A stretch of 40,374 nucleotides of DNA from an uncultured Aquificales bacterium (GCA_964569095.1 CAZMTB010000135.1:1-40374), one strand, 5' to 3'. Counted from the first letter of the stretch, positions 7,324 to 16,121 are shown. The notes: generated from the letters alone by a model not told the origin. Made by a program: numbers and translations.

Positions 7324-8634
7324 TCAGGCGTTCTTCTTTGCCAGCTCCTCCAGCATGTCGGTGGTGATGGACTTGGGACGCTCGATGGGCTGACCCACTG
7401 CGCGGTCCCAGATGATGTTGGCGGTGATTCCAAGGGCACGACCCACGCCAAACATAACGGTGTAGAAGTCGTACTCGGTAACGCCGTAGTAGTACTGGAG
7501 CACGCCGGAGTGAGCGTCCACGTTGGGCCAGGGGTTCTTGGCCTTGCCGTGGGCCTCCAGAACCTTGGGCACCACCTCGTAAACCACGCTCACCACCTTG
7601 AAGAGGTCGTAGTCTGGGAGGTGCTTCAAGGCGAACTCGCGCTGAGCGGTGTACCTTGGGTCGGTCTTTCTGAGCACGGCGTGGCCGTAGCCGGGTATGA
7701 CCTGACCGCTGTTGAGGGTGTCCCATGCGAACTTCTCGATCTCCTCCTTGGTGGGAACCCTGTTACCAAAGCCCTTGTAGAGGTTGATGATCCAGTCGAG
7801 GCACTCCTGATTTGCCAGACCGTGGAGAGGACCTGCCAGTCCGCAGAGGCCTGCGCACCAGGCGTAGTAGGCATCGGAGAGTGCGGATGCCACCAGGTGT
7901 GCGGTATGGGCGCTCACGTTGCCACTCTCGTGGTCGCTGTGGAGTATGAAGTAGAGCTTAGAGAGCTCCTTGTAGTCGGGATCTTCCACGCCCATCATGT
8001 GGGCAAAGTTGGAACCCCAGTCCAGCTCGGGATCGGGGGCGATGGGGGTGTCCCCTTTGTACTTCATTCTGTAGATGTAGGCTGCAATGGTGGGCAGCTT
8101 GGCCAGCATGTTCATGCAGTCTTCGTACATTGCATCCCAGTAATCGTCCTTGGTCATGCTCTTCTCGGCGTACCTCTTGGCAAACACCGACTCCCTCTGC
8201 ATGGCCAGAACCGCCTGGGAGAAGAGGGTCATGGGATGGGTGTCACGGGGCTGGGAACGGATAACCTCGTACACGTACTCGGGAACCTGACCTCTCTCTT
8301 TCCACTCGGCCTCAACTTCCTCTGCCTCTTCCAGAGTGGGAATGTCGCCGGTGAGCAAAAGGTAGTAGAAACCGCCTACGAGGGGAACCTCTGCCCCATC
8401 CCTCTTGGGCAGCTTCTCAAGGGTCTCGGGGATGGTGTAGCCACGGAACCTGATGCCCTCCATGGGATCGAGATAGGAGATGTCCGTCAGAAGGGACTTG
8501 ATTCCCCTCATTCCACCTGCCACCTGGCCCACGGTAACCTGATCGATCACTACCGAGCCGTACTCTTTGCGGATCTTGTTGTACCGCTCCTTTGCTGCGG
8601 GTATCTTTGCAGCAAGCTTCTCCTTTAGACTCAT
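7324..8634 (-). CDS. Citrate synthase, eukaryotic/mitochondrial-like type
   Basis: HSDHESGNVSAHT and GPLHGLANQE match the mitochondrial-type signature rather than the GPLHGGANE of E. coli-type GltA. Start chosen at ATG 8634, preceded by GAGGAGGTG; the track start 8670 adds 12 unlikely residues. Confidence 0.85.
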   Translation of the reverse strand: MSLKEKLAAKIPAAKERYNKIRKEYGSVVIDQVTVGQVAGGMRGIKSLLTDISYLDPMEGIRFRGYTIPETLEKLPKRDGAEVPLVGGFYYLLLTGDIPTLEEAEEVEAEWKERGQVPEYVYEVIRSQPRDTHPMTLFSQAVLAMQRESVFAKRYAEKSMTKDDYWDAMYEDCMNMLAKLPTIAAYIYRMKYKGDTPIAPDPELDWGSNFAHMMGVEDPDYKELSKLYFILHSDHESGNVSAHTAHLVASALSDAYYAWCAGLCGLAGPLHGLANQECLDWIINLYKGFGNRVPTKEEIEKFAWDTLNSGQVIPGYGHAVLRKTDPRYTAQREFALKHLPDYDLFKVVSVVYEVVPKVLEAHGKAKNPWPNVDAHSGVLQYYYGVTEYDFYTVMFGVGRALGITANIIWDRAVGQPIERPKSITTDMLEELAKKNA

Positions 8635-8735
8635 ACCGCACCTCCTCAGTGGGTTTCTCGCCCGTTTCAACCTCTGGAATCGCTACTGGAGAGGAGCCCT
8701 GCCTCCGCTCTTCCCCCTTCTCTCCTTCGGAGATT

Positions 8736-8764
8736 GAGATAGTGCACACAAATGCAATTGTCAA
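8736..8764 (-). promoter_or_regulatory. Putative sigma70-type promoter of citrate synthase (TTGACA-17 nt-TATCTC)
   Basis: On the minus strand: TTGACAattgcatttgtgtgcacTATCTC. It implies a leader of about 95 nt before ATG 8634. Confidence 0.4.
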
Positions 8765-8942
8765 CACTGCTCGCAAGAAAAAATTTGGCGGTTAACGGCG
8801 TTTGATTGGGGGAGGTTCCCTTGGTGCCCGGCATAAATCGTGGTGGGCCATTTCCCTTCTGCGAGGGAATGTGCTCCTCTTTCCCTATATTTTGAGACGG
8901 TGTTATCTGGGTTGGGGTGTGCATGCTCCGCTTGCCTCACAC

Positions 8943-8970
8943 TTGACAGCTTGACCCTTAGGGGTATCAT
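8943..8970 (+). promoter_or_regulatory. Putative sigma70-type promoter of trxA (TTGACA-16 nt-TATCAT)
   Basis: Read directly: TTGACAgcttgacccttaggggTATCAT, about 64 nt upstream of ATG 9034. Confidence 0.45.
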
Positions 8971-9033
8971 CTTCACCCAGAATGAGAATCCCTTGATGAC
9001 CAAGGGTTCTACCTTGATATCCAGGAGGATAGT

Positions 9034-9369
9034 ATGGCGTCAGAAGATGTGATCACCCTCAACGAGGGTAACTTTGAGGAAGAGGTGATTAAATCGTCGG
9101 TACCGGTGCTGGTGGACTTCTGGGCCGTGTGGTGTGGTCCGTGCTCCATGATCGCCCCGGTGGTGGAGGAGATTGCCAAGGATATGAAGGGTAAGGTTAA
9201 GGTTGGCAAGGTTAACGTTGACGAGAGCCCTGGCCTTGCAGGGAGGTTTGGGATCAGGGCCATACCCACTCTGCTCATCTTCAAGAACGGGGAGCTGGTT
9301 GACCAGATAATAGGCGTGCAGCCCAAGGCAGCCATAGTGGCAGCCCTTAACAAGGCGGCGGCCAAGTAG
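9034..9369 (+). CDS. trxA: Thioredoxin
   Basis: WCGPC active site. It is 111 aa with a typical TrxA fold sequence ([18 protein letters not shown]...[11 protein letters not shown]), and AGGAGG lies upstream. Confidence 0.95.
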   Translation: MASEDVITLNEGNFEEEVIKSSVPVLVDFWAVWCGPCSMIAPVVEEIAKDMKGKVKVGKVNVDESPGLAGRFGIRAIPTLLIFKNGELVDQIIGVQPKAAIVAALNKAAAK

Positions 9370-9399
9370 ATCCTCGTGGTCAGGGAGGTGGTTTAACCC

Positions 9400-9594
9400 A
9401 TGCCCATCTACGAGTTTCTCTGCAAAAGCTGTAGGGAGAGATTCACAAAGCTGGTCCTTCCCGGGAAGGAGGAGGAAGAGGAGATCGCTTGTCCCAAGTG
9501 CGGGGGCAAGGATACCCAGTTGATTCCCTCTGCCTTCTCCAGCTCCACCTCTTCTCTGTCGGTTGGTGCCTCTTCCAGTTGTTCTTCGGGGTGA
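9400..9594 (+). CDS. FmdB-family putative regulatory zinc-ribbon protein (CxxC...CxxC with a Ser-rich tail)
   Basis: MPIYEFLCKSCRERF...CPKCGG is the canonical FmdB/CxxC_CxxC_SSSS N-terminus. Confidence 0.8.
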   Translation: MPIYEFLCKSCRERFTKLVLPGKEEEEEIACPKCGGKDTQLIPSAFSSSTSSLSVGASSSCSSG

Positions 9595-9630
9595 GCCATT
9601 GGATAGAGTCGGACAGGTTGTCCGGCAGTA

Positions 9631-10032
9631 ATGCGCATTCTGGCCATAGACTACGGGAGAGTGAGGGTGGGGTTGGCGGTATGCCACGCCAGGGGTGGCC
9701 TTCCCCGCCCGCTACCGATACTCCACCTGGACGCCTCTTTCTGGGATAGGTTGCGGGGTGTGGTGCAAGAGTGGGAGGTTGAGCGGATAGTGGTGGGGTT
9801 TCCCCTCTTGGAGAACGGCGAAGAGGGGGAGATGGCTGTGGAGGTGAGGGAATTTGCCCGCAGGGTGGAGGAGGAGACGGGACTTAGGGTTGAGCTGTGG
9901 GACGAGGGGCTAACCACTTGGGAGGCAAAGGGGTTCTTGAGGGAGAGGGGGGTTTCTGAGAGGAGGCAGAAGGGAAAGAGGGACAGCGTTGCGGCTGCCT
10001 TGCTTCTTGAGAGATACCTGAAGGGAGATTAG
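9631..10032 (+). CDS. ruvX: Putative pre-16S rRNA nuclease / Holliday junction resolvase-like protein YqgF (RuvX)
   Basis: MRILAIDYGRVRVGLAV is the RNase H-fold N-terminus. It is 133 aa, with a C-terminal AAALLLERYL. Confidence 0.85.
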   Translation: MRILAIDYGRVRVGLAVCHARGGLPRPLPILHLDASFWDRLRGVVQEWEVERIVVGFPLLENGEEGEMAVEVREFARRVEEETGLRVELWDEGLTTWEAKGFLRERGVSERRQKGKRDSVAAALLLERYLKGD

Positions 10033-10039
10033 GGGATAG

Positions 10040-10813
10040 ATGTCTCTTCTTTTGGTGATAGACGTTGGAAACACCAACATAGTGTTCGGGGTCTACAAGG
10101 GGGATACGCTTTTGCACTCCTTCAGGATCTCCACCCGAAAGAAGAACACCTCCAGCGAGTACCTAGTTGTTGTGCATCAGCTCTTTCAGCTCTTTGGCAT
10201 TCCCACCAGAGAGATCTCCGGGACGGTGATATCCAGCGTGGTGCCTCCCCTTACGGAGGTTTTGAGGGACACCTTGAGGGAACTCACCTCTACCGAGCCT
10301 CTGGTGGTGGGTCCTGGGATAAGGACGGGTGTTCCCATAGCGGTGGACAATCCCCGGGAGGTGGGTACCGACAGAATAGTGAACACCGTGGCCACCTACA
10401 CCAAGTACGGTGGTCCGGCAATCGTGGTTGACCTTGGTACGGCTACCACCTTCGACGTGATCTCTGGAACGGGAGAGTACCTTGGGGGAGCCATATCACC
10501 TGGAATAGGCATATCCATGAACGCCCTCTTCAACGAGACGGCGCAGCTTCCCAGGGTGGAGATAAGGGAGCCTTCAAGGGTGATAGGCAAGAACACCATT
10601 GAGAGCATGCAATCTGGTATCTTCTACGGATACGTCTCCCTGATAGACGGGATGATAACCAGGTTGAAGGGGGAGTTGGGTGAAGATGCGATCACGGTGG
10701 CCACGGGAGGGTTGGCTCCCTTGCTGGCCACCGCCTCTCAGTGCATAGACAAGGTGGACACGGATCTCACTCTTGAGGGGCTACGGATCCTCTACGCAAA
10801 GAATCGACAATGA
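10040..10813 (+). CDS. coaX: Type III pantothenate kinase
   Basis: [14 protein letters not shown] and [11 protein letters not shown] motifs. It is 257 aa. Confidence 0.9.
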   Translation: MSLLLVIDVGNTNIVFGVYKGDTLLHSFRISTRKKNTSSEYLVVVHQLFQLFGIPTREISGTVISSVVPPLTEVLRDTLRELTSTEPLVVGPGIRTGVPIAVDNPREVGTDRIVNTVATYTKYGGPAIVVDLGTATTFDVISGTGEYLGGAISPGIGISMNALFNETAQLPRVEIREPSRVIGKNTIESMQSGIFYGYVSLIDGMITRLKGELGEDAITVATGGLAPLLATASQCIDKVDTDLTLEGLRILYAKNRQ

Positions 10814-11153
10814 AGTCCACCGAGGTCTCCTTGCCCTCCTGAAGCAGCTCTTCCAGCCCTTCTATGTCGCTGATGTCGTTTATGTCCATCTTCCTGCTCT
10901 TGCAGAGCACCCTTAGGGCGTTTATCCGTGAAGAGCATGCCTCTCTCAGCTTCTCCCTAAGCTGATCGGGATTAACGTCCAACACCTCGCAGCAGAGCTC
11001 AAACCTCAAAATGCTGCCGTTGTCCGGATTGAACACCCACTGGTAGGCGCTGGTCCAGTCGGCGGTCTTCTTGCGATTCTCGGCTATGGGCTTCAACAGG
11101 TCTATTATTGTCCTCTCAAGAACCGCTTCAGCCACCCTCTTGTATCTCTTCAA
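10767..11153 (-). CDS. Hypothetical protein, 128 aa, predicted helical, no family recognised
   Basis: TTG start at 11153 is preceded by GGAGGTGGAGGGAG. The composition is protein-like. Its 3' end overlaps the convergent coaX 3' end by 47 nt. Confidence 0.5.
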   Translation of the reverse strand: MKRYKRVAEAVLERTIIDLLKPIAENRKKTADWTSAYQWVFNPDNGSILRFELCCEVLDVNPDQLREKLREACSSRINALRVLCKSRKMDINDISDIEGLEELLQEGKETSVDFIVDSLRRGSVAPQE

Positions 11154-11177
11154 CTCCCTCCACCTCCTTAAGGTTGA

Positions 11178-11489
11178 TCACTTGCTTGAACACCCTCCGC
11201 AGCTGCTGCATCCCATGGGCGAGCAGCTTGAGGACCCTTTTGACTCTGAGCCGCCGGAGTGGCTATCTCCACCTCCAGAGGAAGTGGTGTGAGAGCTGCC
11301 TCCACCGTTCTTGGAGGCGTAGTCGGTGGCGTACCATCCGCTTCCCTTGAGAATAAAGGAGTTACGCGAGATGAGTCTCTTCACCTCTCCTCCGCACTTG
11401 GGACAGGTGACAGGAGACGTGTCGCTGAACGACCTGAGTAGCTCAAACCTGGTGTCGCATACCCTGCACCGGTACTCGTAGATTGGCAT
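11178..11489 (-). CDS. FmdB-family zinc-ribbon protein with a Gly/Ser/Cys-rich tail
   Basis: [16 protein letters not shown]...CPKCGG, followed by a GGGSS...[12 protein letters not shown] tail. Confidence 0.8.
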   Translation of the reverse strand: MPIYEYRCRVCDTRFELLRSFSDTSPVTCPKCGGEVKRLISRNSFILKGSGWYATDYASKNGGGSSHTTSSGGGDSHSGGSESKGSSSCSPMGCSSCGGCSSK

Positions 11490-11501
11490 GGCAGCACCTC
11501 C

Positions 11502-12416
11502 TTACTCCACGAAGTCTAACCACTGGCTGTGGCTCTCGTCTTCTCCCTTCACCACCTTGAAGAACCTGCTCTGTATCTCTTGGGTCACTGGACCTGGCTT
11601 GCCTTCACCAATGGTCCTGTGGTCCACCTCCCTGACGGGGGTTATCTCTGCTGCGGTACCGCAGAGGAAGACCTCGTCTGCTATGTAGAGCTCGTCTCTG
11701 GTTATCTTTGCCTCCACCGTTTCTATTCCCATCTCCGCCGCCAAGGTGATCACGCAGTCTCTCGTGATTCCCTCCAACACCCCCGAGAGGGGAGGGGTTT
11801 TCAATACGCCGTTTCTCACTATGAAGAGGTTCTCCCCCGTTCCTTCAGATACGGTACCATCCACGTCAAGCATCAATGCCTCGTCGTATCCGTTCTCGAT
11901 GGCCTCCATCTTTGCCAGCTGTGAGTTGACGTAGTTGCCACACACCTTGGCCTTGGTCATGGCGATATTCACATGGTGTCTAGTGAAAGACGAGGTGCAG
12001 CATCTTATTCCCTTCGCAAGCCCTTCCTCTCCCAGGTAGGCCCCCCAAGGCCAGCAGGCTATCACCGCCTCTATGGGGTTTCCTTTGGGATAGAGCCCCA
12101 TATTTCCGTAGCCATAGAATAGAATAGGCCGGATGTAGCATGATTTCAAGCTGTTGGCCTTGATGGTTTCAAAGAGGGCGGCTCTCAGCTCTTCTACGGT
12201 GTAGCTCACCTCCATGCGGGTGATGTGGGCGGAGTGTAGCAGTCTTCTCAGGTGCTCTCTGCACCTGAAGACCGCCGGACCCTTGGGGGTGTCGTAGCAC
12301 CGTATTCCCTCGAAGACCCCTAGCCCGTAGTGCAGGGCGTGGGTCAGCACGTGTACCTGTGCCTCTTCCCACTTCACCAACTTTCCGTTCATCCAGATGT
12401 ACTCAACTGTCTCCAT
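11502..12416 (-). CDS. ilvE: Branched-chain-amino-acid aminotransferase (fold type IV PLP enzyme)
   Basis: [20 protein letters not shown] and LEGITRD motifs. It is 304 aa. Confidence 0.9.
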   Translation of the reverse strand: METVEYIWMNGKLVKWEEAQVHVLTHALHYGLGVFEGIRCYDTPKGPAVFRCREHLRRLLHSAHITRMEVSYTVEELRAALFETIKANSLKSCYIRPILFYGYGNMGLYPKGNPIEAVIACWPWGAYLGEEGLAKGIRCCTSSFTRHHVNIAMTKAKVCGNYVNSQLAKMEAIENGYDEALMLDVDGTVSEGTGENLFIVRNGVLKTPPLSGVLEGITRDCVITLAAEMGIETVEAKITRDELYIADEVFLCGTAAEITPVREVDHRTIGEGKPGPVTQEIQSRFFKVVKGEDESHSQWLDFVE

Positions 12417-12451
12417 CTCTTCCTCCCGAAGCCCTCGTAGACGAGGAGCCT

Positions 12452-12787
12452 TTAATCTTTGTACTCTTCCCGGGGCGGGGAGAAGATGTCCAGAACCACT
12501 GCTCCGTTCTCTCCGGCCCTTGCGCTGTGGGCAACCCCGCCGGGTATCACGTAGGTGGTTCCTTTGGTGAGCTCAACCTCTTCCCCGTTCACCACGAAGG
12601 TTATGCTTCCCTCCAACACCATTCCCAGCTGTTCGTGGGGATGGTGGTGCAGGGGCACCTCTGCCTCTGGATCGATGTTGAAGAGGGCCATCATGGCCTT
12701 CTCTCCCCAGACTGTTCTCATCGACACCCCTTCCAACGGGGTCTTCTCGGGAACCTGATTCCACGCCTTGAACTTGGGTATGGGCAT
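12452..12787 (-). CDS. Cupin domain protein
   Basis: [14 protein letters not shown]...G..H is a cupin metal-binding pattern. It is 111 aa. Confidence 0.75.
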   Translation of the reverse strand: MPIPKFKAWNQVPEKTPLEGVSMRTVWGEKAMMALFNIDPEAEVPLHHHPHEQLGMVLEGSITFVVNGEEVELTKGTTYVIPGGVAHSARAGENGAVVLDIFSPPREEYKD

Positions 12788-12875
12788 CCTTCCTCCCCCT
12801 TTTTTCTGTTACGAACGGCCCCTTACTAACCGAGAGTTAATTGAGATACAAGGGGATTTTCCTAAGGGCCGATCT

Positions 12876-12911
12876 TGAAAATTGAAAACCCCCGGGAAGA
12901 GCGCCCGGGGG
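12876..12911 (-). terminator. Rho-independent terminator downstream of the FBP aldolase/phosphatase gene
   Basis: On the minus strand: CCCCCGGG-cgctctt-CCCGGGGG followed by TTTTCAATTTTCA. It sits 20 nt after the stop at 12931. Confidence 0.8.
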
Positions 12912-12930
12912 TTCTGGTAAGCCTTTCTAC

Positions 12931-14022
12931 CTACACCTTGGTGAACCTGTCCCTGAGTTTCTTCATCACCTCGGGCATGGTGGTGTACTCCATCTCCTCC
13001 AGGGGCAGCCTGTGGGGCTCGAAGGGACCGTGGCGTCTCATGTAGTCGGTGATCTCCCACGCCTTCTGACGGGTGTAGTCGTAGCTTGGATCGTCGAACA
13101 TGTCCACCGGTCCTACCAGTATCCCTTTGCAGAGCTGGTATCCTGCGCAGATCACCCGGGGGGGACCGTCGAATCTGGTGGGGTTTGCCTCTTTGAAGGA
13201 TACAGGGGTGAAGGGGCCGTTGTGGGATCCCCTCATCCATCCCTCCACCAGGTGAGGGAAGCTGAATGGCTCCAGGGCCTCTCCCACGGCAGGGAAGCCG
13301 CTCTGGGTTCTCACGATCAGGACGGGGTCGTCCTTACCCACGTACTTTCCGGCCATCATGTTGAGCCTCTGCACCGAGGCCTTGGCCGCCACCTTGCCTT
13401 CTTTGGAGTAGATCCCCTTGATCATGTACCTGTCTGGGGCTCCGATGAGTACCAGCAGGTCGTACATCTCTTCTGGGCAGCCCAGCTTGATGCTTAGCCC
13501 CTCCTTCACGTCCATAACCTCGAAGACGAAGCCGTCGTGCATCTTGGGGTCTATCACCAGACCAGGGGTGTTGAAGGGATCTGCGAACATCTTGAAAAGG
13601 GGAAGATTCCACGCCCCAGGGGAGGTCTTGTCTGCCATGAATATCAGGATGGGTTCGCTCTCCCTGTTGTCTATGTCCATCTCTGCAACGCCGGGTCCCA
13701 TCCCTTTCACATTGCCGCTGAAGGCGTCTGCCAGCATGTCCTGGCCTGCGCCGTAGAGCTTAAGATTCTGGGCTGCCTCGGTGCACCTCATGAAGGTGTC
13801 CCAGGCTAGGCGATGGATCTCCTGGTCTTCTTCCCCCTTGGTGTGGGTCATGATGAGCTCCAGGTCGTCACCGCAGTGGAGTACGCTGAAGTCCAGAATA
13901 AGCCTGTCTTCCTTTGCCCCTTCCAGGCACTCCCTTGCGACCTCCTCCAGTTTGGGGTGCATGTGGCTATGTCCAACGTATCCACCCACGTCTGCCTTGA
14001 TCACGCTTAGAGTGACCTTCAT
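12931..14022 (-). CDS. fbp: Bifunctional fructose-1,6-bisphosphate aldolase/phosphatase (class V, archaeal-type FBPase)
   Basis: MKVTLSVIKADVGGYVGHSHMHP is the hallmark N-terminus of this family. Its length (363 aa) and the conserved ADKTSPGAWN block also fit. Confidence 0.9.
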   Translation of the reverse strand: MKVTLSVIKADVGGYVGHSHMHPKLEEVARECLEGAKEDRLILDFSVLHCGDDLELIMTHTKGEEDQEIHRLAWDTFMRCTEAAQNLKLYGAGQDMLADAFSGNVKGMGPGVAEMDIDNRESEPILIFMADKTSPGAWNLPLFKMFADPFNTPGLVIDPKMHDGFVFEVMDVKEGLSIKLGCPEEMYDLLVLIGAPDRYMIKGIYSKEGKVAAKASVQRLNMMAGKYVGKDDPVLIVRTQSGFPAVGEALEPFSFPHLVEGWMRGSHNGPFTPVSFKEANPTRFDGPPRVICAGYQLCKGILVGPVDMFDDPSYDYTRQKAWEITDYMRRHGPFEPHRLPLEEMEYTTMPEVMKKLRDRFTKV

Positions 14023-14066
14023 TGTGCTCCTCCCTTTCTCAACAAGTTAAAGTAACTTGGAAAATC

Positions 14067-14978
14067 TCAAGTCCTTGCAGCCAGGCACGCGGCGCCCATG
14101 GCTCCTCCCCAGGTGCCCAAACTGGCGGGTATAACCTCTACCCTCCGGTGTTTGGGGGCCAAGAGCCTCTTTTCCATTTCGCCCTTTGCGGAAGGCCATA
14201 GTATCTCCCAGGCGTTGGATAGTCCACCGCCCACCACGACCGTGTCGGGATCCAGGGCGTTTATCAGGGACGCGAGTCCCGTTCCCAGCGCCTCCCCCAC
14301 CATCTCAAGGGCCCTTTGTGCAAAGGGCTCTTCTTCTTTGGCCAGACGAAATATCTCCTTTGGATCTGTGGTTTCGGCTGTCTGGCCTCCACCTTCCCTC
14401 AGTTGTCCATAAATCCTCTTGAGGGCCGTGGCGGATGCCATGGCCTCGAGGCATCCCCTGTTGCCGCAGCCGCACAGGGGACCCGCCGGGTCTACCGTTA
14501 TGTGGCCAAATTCGGCGGCCAGTCCGTGGGCTCCCCTGAATAGCTCGCCTTCGATCACCATTCCTCCTCCCACCCCCGTTCCCAGTGTGAGACAGAGCAT
14601 CACCCTGCTCTTCCTTCCCGATCCCAAGGCCCACTCTCCAAAGGCAGCGGCATTGGCGTCGTTCTCCACCACCACAGGGCGTTCCAGAACCCCCTCCAGG
14701 GCCTTCTTGATGGGATAGCGGCCTTTGAGGGCGAGGTTGGGGGGATCCACCATCTCTCCCGTCTGGTGGAGGTAGGGAGAGGCTATTCCTACGCCCACGG
14801 GTAGCCTCCCCCGACCTTCCAGCTGGCTAACCAGATCGGTTACCGCCTCTACCAAGAGCTCGGCACTGCTTGCTGGCGATGGAATGCTCCTCTTTTGGGA
14901 TACTTTCCCGTCTTCCATTAGCACCCCTTTTATTGCGGTGCCTCCGATGTCTATTCCCACGGAGCGTCTTCCTCTCAC
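14067..14978 (-). CDS. ROK-family glucokinase / sugar kinase
   Basis: GIDIGGT, the DANAAAFGE motif and the zinc motif CGCGNRGCLE. I set the start at GTG 14978, forming a GTGA overlap with the upstream stop. The 424-aa track ORF extension is Pro/Arg-rich nonsense overlapping the upstream gene. Confidence 0.85.
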   Translation of the reverse strand: MRGRRSVGIDIGGTAIKGVLMEDGKVSQKRSIPSPASSAELLVEAVTDLVSQLEGRGRLPVGVGIASPYLHQTGEMVDPPNLALKGRYPIKKALEGVLERPVVVENDANAAAFGEWALGSGRKSRVMLCLTLGTGVGGGMVIEGELFRGAHGLAAEFGHITVDPAGPLCGCGNRGCLEAMASATALKRIYGQLREGGGQTAETTDPKEIFRLAKEEEPFAQRALEMVGEALGTGLASLINALDPDTVVVGGGLSNAWEILWPSAKGEMEKRLLAPKHRRVEVIPASLGTWGGAMGAACLAART

Positions 14979-16120
14979 CTCTCTTCCTCGGGTGCCACCT
15001 TCCAGGAAAAGGCGAATACGTAGGGCACAGCGGCCAGGTCGTCTCCCTTTATCTCGTCTGCCTCTGCCTGGTAGAGGGGAATCAGCTGGTTGCCAGTGAG
15101 AATGGCCAGATTCTTCCATATGTATGGGCTGTAGAGTGAGTGGTCCACTGCGGAGTTGAGAAGGAACGTGGCCTTGTCCTTCTCTCCAAGAAGGGCATAG
15201 CAGAGGGCGAGGTTGTTGAGTATCAACGGATTTCCCGGGAACTCCTGTCTTAAGCTCTCCAGCTGTTGAACGCAGGATGGCCCGTCTGCCTGTTGTAGGG
15301 CCAGTGTGCCCAGGTTGAACCGCGGTACGGGGCTGGGCCAAAGCCCTTGTGCCTTCTTCAGGTCTCCCCAGGCGTCGGGCTCTCTTCTGGCAAAGATCTC
15401 TCCCAGGGCGATGTCGTTCAAGAGCATGCCCTTGGTTTCGTTATCCGATGAGGCCATCCTTTGGGATAGCCATCTAACTCCTGCGTCCAACTCTCCTGCC
15501 AGCAGCATCAGGGATCCCTTTGCCTCCGAGGGGAATCCCCCGTTGTGCAGCACCTTTTTGAAGAATGGTATGGCCTCTTCTCTTCTTCCCAGCAGGTATA
15601 GTAGCTCTCCCATCTGGTAGTTCACCTCTGGAGAGTCAGGATGCTCTTCCAGGGAGTTGCGCAGGGAAAGCAAGGCCTCGTGCAGGTATCCGTGGGACTT
15701 GTATAGCTGGGCCAGTTCTACCGCCGCATCCCGCCAGTTGCGATAGCTTCTCCACCGTATCCACCCTGCGCACGCGGCGATGATGGAGAGGCAGATCAGA
15801 TAGGTGAGTAAGGGTGGCCACCTCCTCTGGGGAGGAGGTGGTTTTGAAGGGGGGGTTATTAGGGGAAGAGGGTCCTCTTCCCGCACAACCGCCTCTGGCA
15901 TGGTGGGTTTGTCTTCTGCCCTCTCCTCCTCGGGTTCTGGGACCACTTCTTCTCTTTTCGGTTCTTGGGTTGGGGGCTTGGGTGTGGCCTCTCTCTTCTC
16001 CTTGAGTCTCACTACGAAGGCGTGACCGCACTTCTTGCAGACCAGCTTGAGTCCCTTGGAGGTGATCAGCTCCTTTCTCAAGTGGTAGGAGGTACCGCAG
16101 TTTGGGCAGGTGATCTTCAC
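14975..16120 (-). CDS. Membrane-anchored protein with an N-terminal MJ0042-type zinc ribbon, a Pro/Glu-rich linker, one TM helix and C-terminal TPR repeats
   Basis: MKITCPNCGTSYHL...VCKKCGHAF, then PKPPTQEPKREEVVPEPEEE, then WPPLLTYLICLSIIAACAGWI, then TPR-like repeats (YHEALLSLRNSLEEHPDSPEVNYQMGELLYLLGRREEAIPFFKKVL). Confidence 0.7.
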   Translation of the reverse strand: MKITCPNCGTSYHLRKELITSKGLKLVCKKCGHAFVVRLKEKREATPKPPTQEPKREEVVPEPEEERAEDKPTMPEAVVREEDPLPLITPPSKPPPPQRRWPPLLTYLICLSIIAACAGWIRWRSYRNWRDAAVELAQLYKSHGYLHEALLSLRNSLEEHPDSPEVNYQMGELLYLLGRREEAIPFFKKVLHNGGFPSEAKGSLMLLAGELDAGVRWLSQRMASSDNETKGMLLNDIALGEIFARREPDAWGDLKKAQGLWPSPVPRFNLGTLALQQADGPSCVQQLESLRQEFPGNPLILNNLALCYALLGEKDKATFLLNSAVDHSLYSPYIWKNLAILTGNQLIPLYQAEADEIKGDDLAAVPYVFAFSWKVAPEEER

Positions 16121-16121
16121 C

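Noticed and set aside
7510-8628. A 372-aa ORF lies antisense to citrate synthase. Similar long antisense or alternate-frame ORFs occur at 3095..3829, 3235..3906, 33499..34362, 34306..35115, 38953..39603, 31052..31540, 29666..30331 and 24325..25002.
   Set aside because: They show no motifs, have low-complexity Gly/Arg/Pro/His/Val-rich composition and lack an RBS. Each is fully embedded in a gene with strong family signatures. They are typical stop-codon-poor shadow ORFs of GC-rich DNA.
14979-15341. N-terminal 120-aa extension of the ROK kinase ORF.
   Set aside because: It overlaps the TPR protein gene in another frame and has nonsense composition. The conserved GIDIGGT motif begins right after a GTG with a GTGA stop/start overlap.
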